A DNA stretch of 64,000 nt, from the NCBI RefSeq assembly GCF_006345805.1, contig NC_042997.1, forward strand, positions 106,020,001-106,084,000, in the 5' to 3' direction. A program made the position numbers and the translations under genes. Positions 41,060 through 53,049 of the stretch are shown here, in pieces; position 1 is the stretch's first letter, and the number at the start of each line of letters is the position of its first letter. The notes beneath the pieces are model-generated. The model ran no database searches. It was not told the DNA's origin and saw only the letters and a list, made by a program, of their open reading frames with translations. The DNA comes from Octopus sinensis (Eukaryota).

Positions 41060-41107
41060 CATTTCAGTACCGGTTTCGGTCATTTTGAGACCTTTTCAAC
41101 TGTAACG
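41060..41107 (-). ncRNA. Minimal type I hammerhead ribozyme (U3-A8 core variant)
   Basis: Minus: CGUU-A-CAG UUGAAAA GGUC-UCAAAAU-GACC GAAA CCGG UA CUG-A-AAUG; helix I and helix II pair, with a palindromic helix III region. Confidence 0.72.
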
Positions 41108-41451
41108 ATTAAATAATTAAATTTAGAAAAATTAGAAGAAAAGTTTTTTTAAAAGAATATTTCTATAGTAGTGTTCAATTTAAGTGGCATTCTGCTGCCT
41201 TTCTCTGACTCCCTTGTTGCACTTGTGTGTTCGAGGTAGTTGTGAGCTCTTGGTAGGGTAGTAGAGAGAAGGCTGGTGAGGAAGGGGGTGGGAGAATCTG
41301 GGAGTGCCCTGATGGTCGTATTTTGAATGGTCAGTGGCGGCTGGCAGTCTCAGTTCAATTCAGGAGAATATTTATATTGAACAGCTTCTTTATAGAATTA
41401 GCGTAGGTGTTATACTAAAAAACATTAGTGACGAACTAAGGGGTAGGGGGT

Positions 41452-41700
41452 GGAGAAGAAGAAGAAGAAGAAGAAGAAGAAGGAGAAGGAGAAGGAGAAG
41501 ATGACGATGATGGTGATGGTGGTGATGATTATGACGACGATGATGATGATAACGATGATGATGAAGAAGAAGAAGAAGAAGAAGGAGGAGAAGGAGAAGA
41601 TGTGTGTGATGATGGTGGCGATGATGATGATGCCGATGATGATGATAACGATGATGATGAGAAGAAGAGGAGAAAAGAAGAAGAAAAAACAGAGAAGGGA
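41452..41700. repeat. (GAA)/(GAT) trinucleotide array inside the PLE 3' region
   Basis: Direct reading; source of the K/M-rich ORF 41450..41830. Confidence 0.93.
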
Positions 41701-42111
41701 GAATATGAATGTAAATATAGCTATGAAGGGGCTGATTAGTATATGGATTCTATTGAGTGTAGTATTTGTGTGTGTATATATATTTTTTTCTTTTATTCTA
41801 AGGTTGAGGTATATTAATTGTTTGTCGTAGACCCGTTAAGAAGTGGCTTGTATTTTGTAATAAAGAGATTTTCTTTACTTATTCGTGTCTCGAGGTTGTA
41901 TCGTCCCTAAATAAATGGTAGGGGAAAAATTCTGAAGTTTGGTGTTTTTTGTTGGCGCAAGTATCTATGTGTTGGCTAAAAGCTATTTTTCTGTTTTGGG
42001 AATTTTTATCTGGGATCTGTGCAGGGCCATTCGTTTACGCAAACCATTTTTTGTTTGGCCTATGTACTGCTCTTGACACCCGGAGCAGTTAGTGAGTATA
42101 TTACTTTTCAC

Positions 42112-42146
<35 letters not shown>

Positions 42147-42148
<2 letters not shown>

Positions 42149-45054
42149 AATAAAAGAGAACATATGCATTATATAAAACATATATGTACGTACCTACCTC
42201 TACATGTACATATACACGCATATATGTGTACAGGACACCAAAAAGACGTCGAACACATAGAGAGACGAAACACATAGACACACCAAGGAACAAGACAAGC
42301 AAAAAAAAGAGAGAGATACAGGACAATAAGCACAACGAAAAATCCCCTTCTTCAGTCGCTAAGGTTCATCTACTAACCGTTTCGAAGGATAAAAGCGAGA
42401 CGTATACTTCGAAGAAAACTTCCTTCCCGCGAAAAGCAAATCAATTAAAATTCTGAGATCTTTTCGCAGAGGGGTAAAAAAAAAGCAAGACGGTAACGAC
42501 AGTACAAACATATAAACAGTAAAAATATATATATAAACAGTGGAAAAATAAATATATAACAGTGAGAGACAGGACAAGGAGAACAAGATAAGAAGGGCTG
42601 TTAACGCCAGACGAAAAAGTATTGCAAACGCTGGTTTATCGTGGACGACGAGAGAGAGAAAATGTGTCGACCAGTGACCTTACAAGGGGGGCGAGAAAGA
42701 CAGGATAGCAGTTACGACGGAAGTATCGTCGCAGATGGACGACGGGAATGGGGGAGGAGAGCAAGAGGAAGAGAGAGAAGAAGGGGAATGGTGCGAGGAG
42801 ACCATGAATAATGGTGAAAGGGAGAGAGAGAATGAAGAATGAGAGAGAGAGGAGAGACAAGTTAAGTGAGGGGAAAAAAACGAAAAAGGGAATGGGAGAG
42901 AAAGAAAGAAATGCAGAGTCGCGTGAGAGTTAATATCAAGGCTAACTTGATAAACAGAACAATCTTACTTAATAAGGTGCGTGGCGTTTAGTCGTATAAT
43001 ATGTTAATAAATAGAACATATGCATATATATAAACATATATGTACGTACCTACCTCTACATGTACATATACACGCATATATGTGTACAGGACACCAAAAA
43101 GACGTCGAACACATAGAGAGACGAACACATAGACACAAACCAAGGACAAGACAAGCAAAAAAAAGAGAGAGATACAGGACAATAAGCACAACGACAAATC
43201 CCCTTCTTCAGTCGCTAAGGTTTCATCTACTAAACGTTTCGAAGGATAAAAGCGAGACGTATACTTCGAAGAAAACTTCCTTCCCGCGAAAAGCAAATCA
43301 ATTAAAATTCTGAGATCTTTTCGCAGAGGGTTAAAAAAAGCAAGACGGTAACGACAGTACAAACATATAAACAGTAAAAATATATATATAAACAGTGGAA
43401 AAATAAATATATAACAGAGAGAGACAGGACAAGGAGAACAAGATAAGAGGGCTGTTAACGCCAGACGAAAAAGTATTGCAAACGCTGGATTATCGTGGAC
43501 GACGAGAGAGAGAAAATGTGTCGACCATTGGCCTTACAAGGCGGGCGAGAAAGACAGGATAGCAGTTACGACGGAAGTATCGTCGCAGATGGACGACGGG
43601 AATGGGGAGAGGAGCAGAGGAAAAGAGAGAAGAAGGGGAATGGTGCGAGGAGACCATGAAGAATGGTGAAAGGGAGAGAGAGAATGAAGAATGAGAGAGA
43701 GAGGAAGAGACAAGTTAAGTGAGGGGAAAAAAAGACGAGAAAGGGAATGGGAGAGAAAGAAAGAAAGATGCAGAGTCGCGTGAGAGTTAATATCAAGGCT
43801 AACTTGATAAACAGAACAATCTTACTTAATAGGGTGCGTGCGTTTAGTCGTATAATATGTTATAAAATAGAACATATGCATATATATAAACATATATGTA
43901 CGTACCTACCTCTACATGTACATATACACGCATATATGTGTACAGGACACCAAAAATACGTCGAACACATAGAGAGACGAAACACATAGACACAAACCAG
44001 GAACAAGACAACAAAAAAAAGAGAGAGATACAGGACAATAAGCACAACGAAAAATCCCCTTCTTCAGTCGCTAAGGGTTCATCTACTAAACGTTTCGAGG
44101 ATAAAAGCGAGACGTATACTTCGAAGAAAACTTCCTTCCCGCGAAAAGCAAATCAATTAAAATCTGAGATCTTTTCGCAGAGGGGTAAAAAAAAGAACGG
44201 TAACGACAGTACAAACATATAACAGTAAAAATATATATAGAAACAGTGGAAAAATAAATATATAACAGTGAGAGACAGGACAAGGAGAACAAGATAAGAA
44301 GGGCTTTAACGCCAGACGAAAAAGTATTGCAAACGCTGATTATCGTGGACGACGAGAGAGAGAAAATGTGTCGACCAGTGGCCTTACAAGGCGGGCGAGA
44401 AAGACAGGATAGCAGTTACGACGGAAGTATCGTCGCAGATGGACGACGGGAATGGGGGAGGAGGAGCAAGAGGAAGAGAGAGAAGAAGGGGAATGGTGCG
44501 AGGAGACCATGAAGAATGGTGAAGGGAGAGAGAGAATGAAGAATGAGAGAGAGAGGAAGAGACAAGTTAAGTGAGGGGAAAAAAAAGACGAAAAAGGGAA
44601 TGGGAGAGAAAGAAAGAAGATGCAGAGTCGCGTGAGAGTTAATATCAGGCTAACTTGATAAACAGAACAATCTTACTTAATAAGGTGCGTGCGTTAGTCG
44701 TATAATATGTTAATAAAATAGAAAATATGCATATATATAAACATATATGTACGTACCTACCTCTACATGTACATATACACGCATATATGTGTACAGGACA
44801 CCAAAAATACGTCGAACACATAGAGAGACGAAACACATAGACACAAACAAGGAACAAGACAAGCAAAAAAAAGAGAGAGATACAGGACAATAAGCACAAC
44901 GAAAAATCCCCTTCTTCAGTCCGCTAAGTTTCATCTACTAAACGTTTCGAAGGATAAAAGCGAGACGTATACTTCGAAAAAACTTCCTTCCTGCGAAAAG
45001 CAAATCAATTAAAATTCTGAGATCTTTTCGCAGAGGGGTTAAAAAAAAAAGCAA
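42147..45054. repeat. Tandem array, ~855-bp unit x ~3.4 copies (probably PLE pseudo-LTR-derived)
   Basis: Landmark TTCTTCAGTC recurs with its CAG at 42353, 43209, 44065 and 44917 (spacing 856/856/852); copies differ mainly by 1-bp indels. Confidence 0.96.
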
Positions 45055-45596
45055 ATATATATATATGTATGTATGTATGTATGTACAGATGTGTGTGTGT
45101 GTGTGTGTGAATGCATGCATGTGCACACATAATATCATATTTGTATATCTCTGCAACATGAATGGGCCATATTTTGAGTGCCGCATAATTACAAGTATGA
45201 AAGCAATATGAGAATGAAGATGAGTGAAAATGAGAACACATGTAAGTGAAGGGGATCGTGCGTGAAAAATACTTGTTTCTGAATCTGTGCGTAAATGAAT
45301 TCATGTAATTGCAAGTATAGTATTTTCATATGCACCAGTTTCAGTCAGTCTCTCTTTCTCTCTTCTTTTCTCTCTCTCTCTCTCACCCTTCTTCCTCCTT
45401 TCTCTCTCTCTCCCTCTCTCTCTCTTCTGACTGTTTGTCACTCTCTCACAGTCTCTTTCTCTTTCTCTTACTTTGTATCTTTGCATCACACCGTCCTCTT
45501 ACGAGTGTATGCCTACTCTAGTATATTACTCACACACACACATATATATATGTATGTCTACCTGTCTGCCTGTCTGTCTGTCTGCATATATGTATG

Positions 45597-45649
<53 letters not shown>

Positions 45650-45654
<5 letters not shown>

Positions 45655-45815
45655 TGTGTGTCTGTATTTGCCCCTCCCCTTCTTCCCACCCACCTTCGCT
45701 TTGAAAAACCGATGTTGGTGTATTTACGTCCCCGATACAATATGTACTAGGCTTACAAAGAATAAATCCCGGGGTCGATTTCTTCGACTAAAGACGAAGC
45801 TCCAGCATGGCATGA
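45650..45815 (+). mobile_element. SINE family A, 3' half
   Basis: CCGATGTTGGTG..TACTAGGCTTACAAAGAATAA..CTCCAGCATGG. Confidence 0.82.
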
Positions 45816-46156
45816 TCGAAATTCTGTGTCATAGGAATATATGCGGCGATGCAAACTTTTAACAGTCTATTAATATAATAAAGCAGACATACACTCGTAA
45901 GAGGACGCTGAGATGCAAAGAGGCAAAGTAAGAAAACGAGTGAAAAAGTTGCTAGATAGAAAATACAACACTACGAAATTAGAAAAAAGTAAAATACGAC
46001 AATATGTGCGCGTCTATGTGTGTATGTGAGTGTGTGTATGTGTGCGCGCGCATATGTGTGTGTATGTGTGAGTGTATATGTGTGCGTGTATGTGGATATA
46101 TGTATAAATACACACATATACACCACGCACAGACACACACATAATACATATACACA

Positions 46157-46200
<44 letters not shown>

Positions 46201-46274
46201 TATATATGGTCATACATATACACATGCATATATATATATAACATATATATATATATTATATATATATATGGTCT

Positions 46275-46618
46275 GTGAAGGCGCATGGCTCAGTGGTTAG
46301 AGCGTCGAGCTTACGATCGTGAGGTTGTGAGCTCGAATCCCGGACCGGGCTGCGTGTTGTGTTCTTGAGCAAGACACTTTATTTCACGTTGCTCCAGTTC
46401 ACTCAGCTGTAGAAATGAGTTGCGACGTCACAGGTGCCAAGCTGTATCGACCTTTGTCTTTCCCTTGGATAACACCGGTGGCGTGGAGAGGGGAGGCCGG
46501 TATGCATGGGCGACTACTGGTCTTCCATAAAAAAACCTTGCCCAGACTTGTGCCTCAGAGGGTAACTCTCTAGGTGCAAACCCATGGTCACTCATGACCG
46601 AAGGGGGTCTTTACCCTT
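46275..46618 (+). mobile_element. SINE family C, full length with 12-bp TSD
   Basis: A and B boxes; TATATATGGTCT at 46263-46274 and 46619-46630; inserted at the end of a mariner TIR. Confidence 0.93.
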
Positions 46619-46620
46619 TA

Positions 46621-46935
46621 TATATGGTCTGATCAATAAGTATACAAACTGTTGCCATAGTAACGAAGCTAAAGAACGCTGAGTGAAGCCGCTTGACACA
46701 GCTTGACCTTGAACTCTGCTGTGCATGCACACAAAGTTTTAACATCCTATCTCAGTGGTTAGAAGGAAGGTGTGTAGAGTGTGCTAGTCGCATTGGTCAT
46801 GAATCTGTATCAAAGCTTGCCAAAAGCTTGGTGATTCCTGCTCACAGGCCAGAAAATGTATAGAAAGGACAACGTACCTGCTGACAACACACCTGTCCAT
46901 TTAGCGCAACTTGTACAGCAAGTTTTGACTAGACA
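46621..46935 (+). mobile_element. Mariner remnant, same family as 20935-21388
   Basis: GGTCTGATCAATAAGTAT..TTGCCATAGTAACGAAGCTAAAG. Confidence 0.75.
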
Positions 46936-47280
46936 GCATGTATATATATAAATACTAAATAAGATCCAGGGATTCCAGAGTATGAACCTTCAAGCAGTCT
47001 GTGGGAGAAACAGAACAAAAATATACAATGTATGATAAGGAATAATAATCAATTTTTATTAGCATCAAATGTTGCGATGAAATTCAATAAGCTGATTGTT
47101 CCTATAGAGTTCACGGTTAGCGACTAGAGCTAATTTGAACTCAGAAGGTAAAGGCTGACCAAATGCCGTTAAGCATTTTGCCTGGCGTGCTAACAACGGT
47201 GATTGTTTTTTTTTTGTTTTTTGTTTTTTTGTACAATAGACACAAAACCTAACATTTGTGGGGAGATGTCTAGTCTATTC

Positions 47281-47459
47281 GAGTGCTCCGCAACCATTTT
47301 CCAATTGCGCTACACATGTTCTGTTCAAAATTCGGCGGCACACTTGAGCTAAAGATATAAAAGTACAGGGGGGGGGATTATATTTAAATTACACTACGGC
47401 ACACCTAGCATCGTCTCGTGGCACACCAGTTGCCGCGGCATACCGGTTGCGGAGCACTG
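47281..47459. mobile_element. hAT/Charlie-type MITE (179 bp) inserted in a minus-strand SINE-B
   Basis: TIRs AGTGCTCCGCAACC / GGTTGCGGAGCACT; perfect 8-bp TSD GTCTATTC at 47273-47280 and 47460-47467. Confidence 0.92.
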
Positions 47460-48192
47460 GTCTATTCTATTGCACCGACTAGTACATCTTTTATCAAACC
47501 CGAAGGGATGAAGCACGGCTTGATCTCGAAGGAGTTTGAACTCGAAGCGTAAAGACGGGCGGAATACAACTAAATATTTTGTCCAGTATGCTAACGATTC
47601 AGCCAGTTCGCCGCTTTAACGATTACAATAAAAATACCAAAGACGATGATTTCGATCACGACAACCACGGCGATAACCACGACTACAACCACGACAACTA
47701 CCACGACCACGATGGTGGTGGTGGTGGTGTAAAGATACTGTTTTTTTCTTCTTTCTTTTTTGTTTTCTTTATTCCTTAACTGAAATCTGACATGAAGCAA
47801 AACAATCATGGCGAATGTTGGAGCAGGCATAGTGACAAGTTGAGTAATCAGGAAATCACACCTCGAGTGCTTTGCCTCGTGATCTTGTCGTAATTATCCG
47901 GAAATCCTTTCTCCGAGTTGACAGAAAGAGAGCAACGTATAGGGTATTGCGAGTGCGGCCGGGGAGTGGCGATTGTCTGTTTCTGCGTGCAGGTACACAC
48001 AGAAGCAGACGCGCGCGCACACACACACACACTCACGCACACTCATATACACACACAATGATACTCACATACTCATACAGACACATACAAACACAAATAC
48101 ATACATATTTACACATACAAGCTTACGCACACGCGCACAGGAAAAATACATAAATCCACGCATATAAGCATACAGACACAAAATTATATATT

Positions 48193-48255
<63 letters not shown>

Positions 48256-48697
48256 ACACACACACACACAAACACATACACAAATATACACATACAAGCA
48301 TGGACACACACACATACAACCACAAAAGTACACACACAAACTTACACGCACACTCATATATATATATACACAGGTACAAACATATATATACACACATACA
48401 CACATGTACACACACACGCACGCACACACACATTTTATATATACACGAACGCATACACGCACACAAACCTACAAGTAGAGGTATCCAGACACACACACAC
48501 GTACATGTATATATATATATACACACACAGACCCTTACACGCACATGCATGCTGGAACAGATAGTCATAATATAATGGTCATATAATTTATCGCACCACG
48601 AAATACCGCAAAAAGAACAACAGGTTATTTTCTTAACGTGTAATTTAGGGATTGTATTCAAAGAAAATTATTGAAGCTTGTGTCTACATGCAGTAAA

Positions 48698-48866
48698 CTA
48701 GTAGTAGTAGTAGTAGTAGTAGTAGTAGGGGATGTTGCTGCCGCTGATAGTGATGATGATGCTGATGAAGCTGGTGGTTTTGGTGGCGGTAGTAGTAATA
48801 GTAGTAGGAGCAATGATGGTGGTCGTGGTGGTAGTAGTAGTGGTGATGGCGTTGCTCTTGTTGGTT

Positions 48867-48917
<51 letters not shown>
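48698..48917. repeat. (AGT)n/(GGT)n trinucleotide array
   Basis: Direct reading. Confidence 0.95.
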
Positions 48918-48918
<1 letters not shown>

Positions 48919-49240
48919 ACTTAATTCGTTTGTCTGTCCTTGTTTGTCCTCTCTGTGTTTAGCCCCTTGTGGGTAGTAAAGAAATAGGTATTTCGTCTGC
49001 TGCTACGTTCTGAGTTCAAATTCCACCGAGGTCGACTTTGCCGTTCATCCTTTCGGGGTCGATTAAATAAGTACCAGTTACGCACTGGGGTCGATATAAT
49101 CGACTTAATCCGTTTATCTGTCCTTGTTTGTCCTCTCTGTGTTGAGCCCCTTGTGGGTAGTAAAGAAATAGGTATTTCGTCTATTTTCGACTATTGCCCT
49201 CCCCATAAATTCCTGATCTTGTGCTTATAGTAGAAAGGAT
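48918..49240 (+). mobile_element. Headless SINE-B concatemer (partial + full + partial 184-bp units)
   Basis: Junction AAAGAAAT|AGGTATTTCGTC at 48986 and 49170. Confidence 0.9.
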
Positions 49241-49510
49241 TATTAATGCGGATTCTTTGAGACAGCCTCATAGAAGTTCTGCAGCTCTTCTATAGGAGCT
49301 TGTCTTCCACGTTTCTATGTTCTTTCAAATCCTACATTATTCGCTCTCACTTTCAGTTTCCTGGAGCGTGACAGAATGAGTATCAATTAACGCAATAAGG
49401 TCGTTAAACCAATTGCATACCTCAAAAATTGCTGTTGTGGTATTGCTCTAGAGAAATCTCTATTTAGAAGTTATATGGTCAAAGCCTGAAACAACATGAG
49501 TAGACCGGTT

Positions 49511-49541
<31 letters not shown>

Positions 49542-49877
49542 TTTTCTACATCAAAGAATTATATTATCCAATGTGTTCTGTCTTTCTAGAGATTTTGTAG
49601 CCATTTCTATCAGAAAGGATATCCTTCGATTGCGCAACAAACGGTGTTTTACTTCGGAACGGAATTGTTATTTATGACATATATAGATATATAACAGGCC
49701 AGTACACTTATCTTGAAAATAAGTAGTGTGGTTTCGTTTCCAGCGCGTTCTAATGCCATTTTTTCCATCGGGGTTTCTATGCCCTAATATTAGACTATTC
49801 TCTGTAGTCAATATACGATGAAAACTTATAATTATATCAACACACACTCTCACACACACACATATATGTATATATAT

Positions 49878-50037
49878 ATTTCGTCTGTCTTTAGGTTCTG
49901 AGTTCAAATTCCACCGAGGTCGACTTTGCTTTTATCCTTTCGGGGTCGGTAAATTAAGTACCAATTGCGTACTTGGAGTGATCAAATCGACTTCCTCACC
50001 TCTCCCAAAATTTCGGGCCTTGTGCCTAGAGTAGAAC
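49878..50037 (+). mobile_element. SINE family B fragment
   Basis: TTCTGAGTTCAAATTCCACCGAGGTCGACTTTGC...CTTGTGCCTAGAGTAGAA. Confidence 0.85.
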
Positions 50038-50384
50038 AGTATATTTGTACTTCAAATCCTACCTAGACGTCTCGTCATTCTTGGGTCGATAAAAATATAT
50101 ATATATAATAGTCTAATAAAGGATGACCAGGCATGATCATCCTTTATTAGGAGCGGGCCTCATGGGACATGGCTCATCATCAGACGAACTGCACTGTTTA
50201 GAATAGTGAAGGTAATATTACAAAATTAATACAAGAATGTAAGAAAAAAATTCTAGTGAATTAATGCATGTATCAATTTTGTGATTCTTCTGTGGCTTAG
50301 AAATATTTTGACTTCTATTTTTAACGAAGCAGGTGGTTATGTAGTACCCTAATATATATATATATATATACACATATTGTAGTT

Positions 50385-50875
50385 AGCATCTTTTTTGTCT
50401 CGGGAGACAGTGGAGTTGCGCATAAAATAATCTACTCTGGCTTTTACATTTCATGTCCTAATACATCTCCTGCAGTGTAGTCCTATCCTGGATAAGCACT
50501 CCCTCTGGAGGGGCCCCAAATGTAGCGAAGACTTCGCCTGGCTGGTTGTAATGTCATAGTTTCTTGTTGACGTCTTTTCTTGTCTTTCCTATTCTCCTCT
50601 CTCCCCCAGTCACTCTTTTATGTTCTCTCTTTTACAGTATGTCGACAATCTCCACGGTTGCTTGCAGCTGCTTCCTAGTTGCTAATATTGATGTTACAGA
50701 CCTTCATGTCTCCTTTGCAAACATCCTTGTATTGTTAGAACGGTCTTCCCACAGACCTAGTGCCCCTAGCAAGCTCTCCGTATAGTATGTCCTTGGGGAT
50801 TCTGCCATCTTCCATACGGCTAACATGTCCAAGCCATCTCATACGTCTTTGTGTGAGGAGTGCAAACATGCTTGG
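50385..50875 (-). mobile_element. RTE LINE 3' end
   Basis: Minus translation SMFALLTQRRMRWLGHVSRMEDGRIPKDILYGELARGTRSVGRPF*QYKDVCKGDMK; 3' hairpin TGTCTC-CC-GAGACA. Confidence 0.9.
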
Positions 50876-51040
50876 TATTTAGAAGAAGCAGATCAACTAT
50901 TGACATGATATTCTCCATACGCCAACTTCAGAAGTCCAGAGAGCAGAAAATGCCATTATATATGGCCTTCATTGATCTGACAAAGGCCTTTGATTTGGTA
51001 AGTAGAAAAGGCCTCTTCATCCTGCTCCCAAAAATCGGAT
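50876..51040 (+). mobile_element. RTE reverse-transcriptase fragment, inverted relative to the adjoining 3' end
   Basis: FRRSRSTIDMIFSIRQLQKSREQKMPLYMAFIDLTKAFDLVSR (RT motifs including the first catalytic D). Confidence 0.9.
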
Positions 51041-51057
51041 ATATACATATATATATA

Positions 51058-51068
51058 TATTATTATTA

Positions 51069-51129
<61 letters not shown>

Positions 51130-51139
51130 TATTATCATT

Positions 51140-51215
<76 letters not shown>

Positions 51216-51216
51216 T

Positions 51217-51248
<32 letters not shown>

Positions 51249-51278
51249 CATTATTATTATTATTATTATTATTATTAA
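51058..51278. repeat. (TAT)n/(CAT) microsatellite
   Basis: Direct reading. Confidence 0.98.
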
Positions 51279-51349
51279 TTTTCGTATACAGCTGTACGCT
51301 CGCGGCCACCAACGATAGTACTTTTAGAAATATTACCGTTTTTATATTT

Positions 51350-51412
<63 letters not shown>

Positions 51413-51949
51413 TTAATCAGTGTACATATATATATATACACCTGTATGTGTAAGTTTCTAAAACTCAGATATTTATGTATGTGTACGTAGTACATGCTGA
51501 TTAAATGCAGATTGGAAGTAAAATTCAATGGAAAGAAAAAGAAAAAGAATATAAAGCATTTGCAAACGCAAGAGGAGAGCAAGGACTGCATTCCTAATCG
51601 TGTTTTGTTATTGGTATTTATGTCCTTATTACCAGTGACGTTGTTGTTGTTGAGGTGATTGTTTTTTGTGGTTGTAGTTATTATTGTTGTCGTCCTTTAA
51701 GCTGTTTTCTCACACTTTTTTAAAGCTATATCCGGAAAGAAATTAGTCTTCGTTGAGTAATTTTCGGATTATTGGTTAATCTCTTTTCTATCACCATTCA
51801 TTATTAAAAGAAAACGAAAATAAATAAACTATATTGTTTTAGAACATTGATCGATTATATTAACTTCCTGGCTAGAATGAATAGCTTGCTAATCACCCGG
51901 TAATTATTAACTACTGCTATTACTATCGTTGTTGTTATTAGAACAATGG

Positions 51950-52287
51950 ATGGGCAGAAGCGTTAGAGCGTCAAAAAAATGCTTTGCAGTATTTGTTCCG
52001 GCTCTTTATGTTCTCAGTTCGAATCTCACCTAAGGCAACTTTGCTCTTCATTCTTCTGAGATCAATAAAATAAAGTACCAGTCTATTATGGAGATGATGG
52101 TATCAACGGAACCCTTCCCCTCAAAAGTTGCCGGCCTTGTGTGTGGTAAGTAGCTTGCTTACCAGCCACATGGTTCCGAGTTCAGTCCCACTGCGTGGCA
52201 CCTTGGGCAAGTGTCTTCTACTATCGCCTCGGGCCGACCAAAGCTTTGTGAGTGGATATGATAGAAGGAAACTGAAAGAAGCCCGTC

Positions 52288-52322
<35 letters not shown>

Positions 52323-52615
52323 TGTGTGTGTGTGCTCGAGCATGGCCGCAGTCAAATGACTGAAACAAGTAAAAGATTATTATTATTATTATTATTATTG
52401 AAGGCGGCAATCTGACAGAATTGTTAGCACGCCGGGAGAAATGCTTATTGGTATTTCGTCCGTCGCTCTGAGTTCAAAATTCCGCCGAAGTCGACTTTGC
52501 TTTTTATCCTTTCGGGGTTGATGAATTGAGTACCATAGTGATACTTTGGGGTCAATGTAATCGCCTTGTCCCCTCCCACCAAATTCGAGGTCTTGTGCCT
52601 CGGGTAGAAAGGATT
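51950..52615 (+). mobile_element. SINE cluster: B (51950-52140), internally deleted A (52138-52378), B (52402-52615)
   Basis: Recognisable heads and cores of both families. Confidence 0.85.
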
Positions 52616-53049
52616 GTTGTTTATTGTTGTTATTTGTTTACAAGAGAAAGACAACCTTTTGGAGATCATAATTGTTATTGAATAATGTTTTGAGGAAAGT
52701 AATTTTCGGATTTCGTTATACTAATTTGTTATCAAGCCAACCCTGCTTTCTCAGGGGCTAGTTCATTTTGTGAAGTACCAACCATATAGCTTCACGAATC
52801 CAAGGGATAAATAGCCTTTCCACCAGCCACTTTATTATCAATTTCTCAGTACTACTTGTTAATAAAGAAATTATGAAAAAATATAGCAGTATCAACGACA
52901 ACCAATAGCGTAAAAAAAAAAACGGAAAGAAAAAAATACAATCAACCTAAAAATTCCAACTTTACCACCACCATTATTAACAGCAATACAAATAAAAAAT
53001 CAGGACATCACAATTAAAAAATCCAAAGTTACCCGGTTCGCAACTGACC

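Larger units (their letters stand above)
41012..42105 (-). mobile_element. Penelope-like retroelement 3' part: GIY-YIG endonuclease remnant plus 3' pseudo-LTR
   Basis: Minus 42100->41822 (frameshifted): CSGCQEQYIGQTKNGLRKRMALHRSQI..FSQHIDTC..FRIFP..ENLFITKYKPLLN, a GIY-YIG with CCHH motif; (TA)n on both sides. Confidence 0.88.

Noticed and set aside
42147-45054. CRISPR-like array or protein-coding tandem genes
   Set aside because: Units are near-identical throughout with no unique spacers, and ORFs are short and not preserved between copies.
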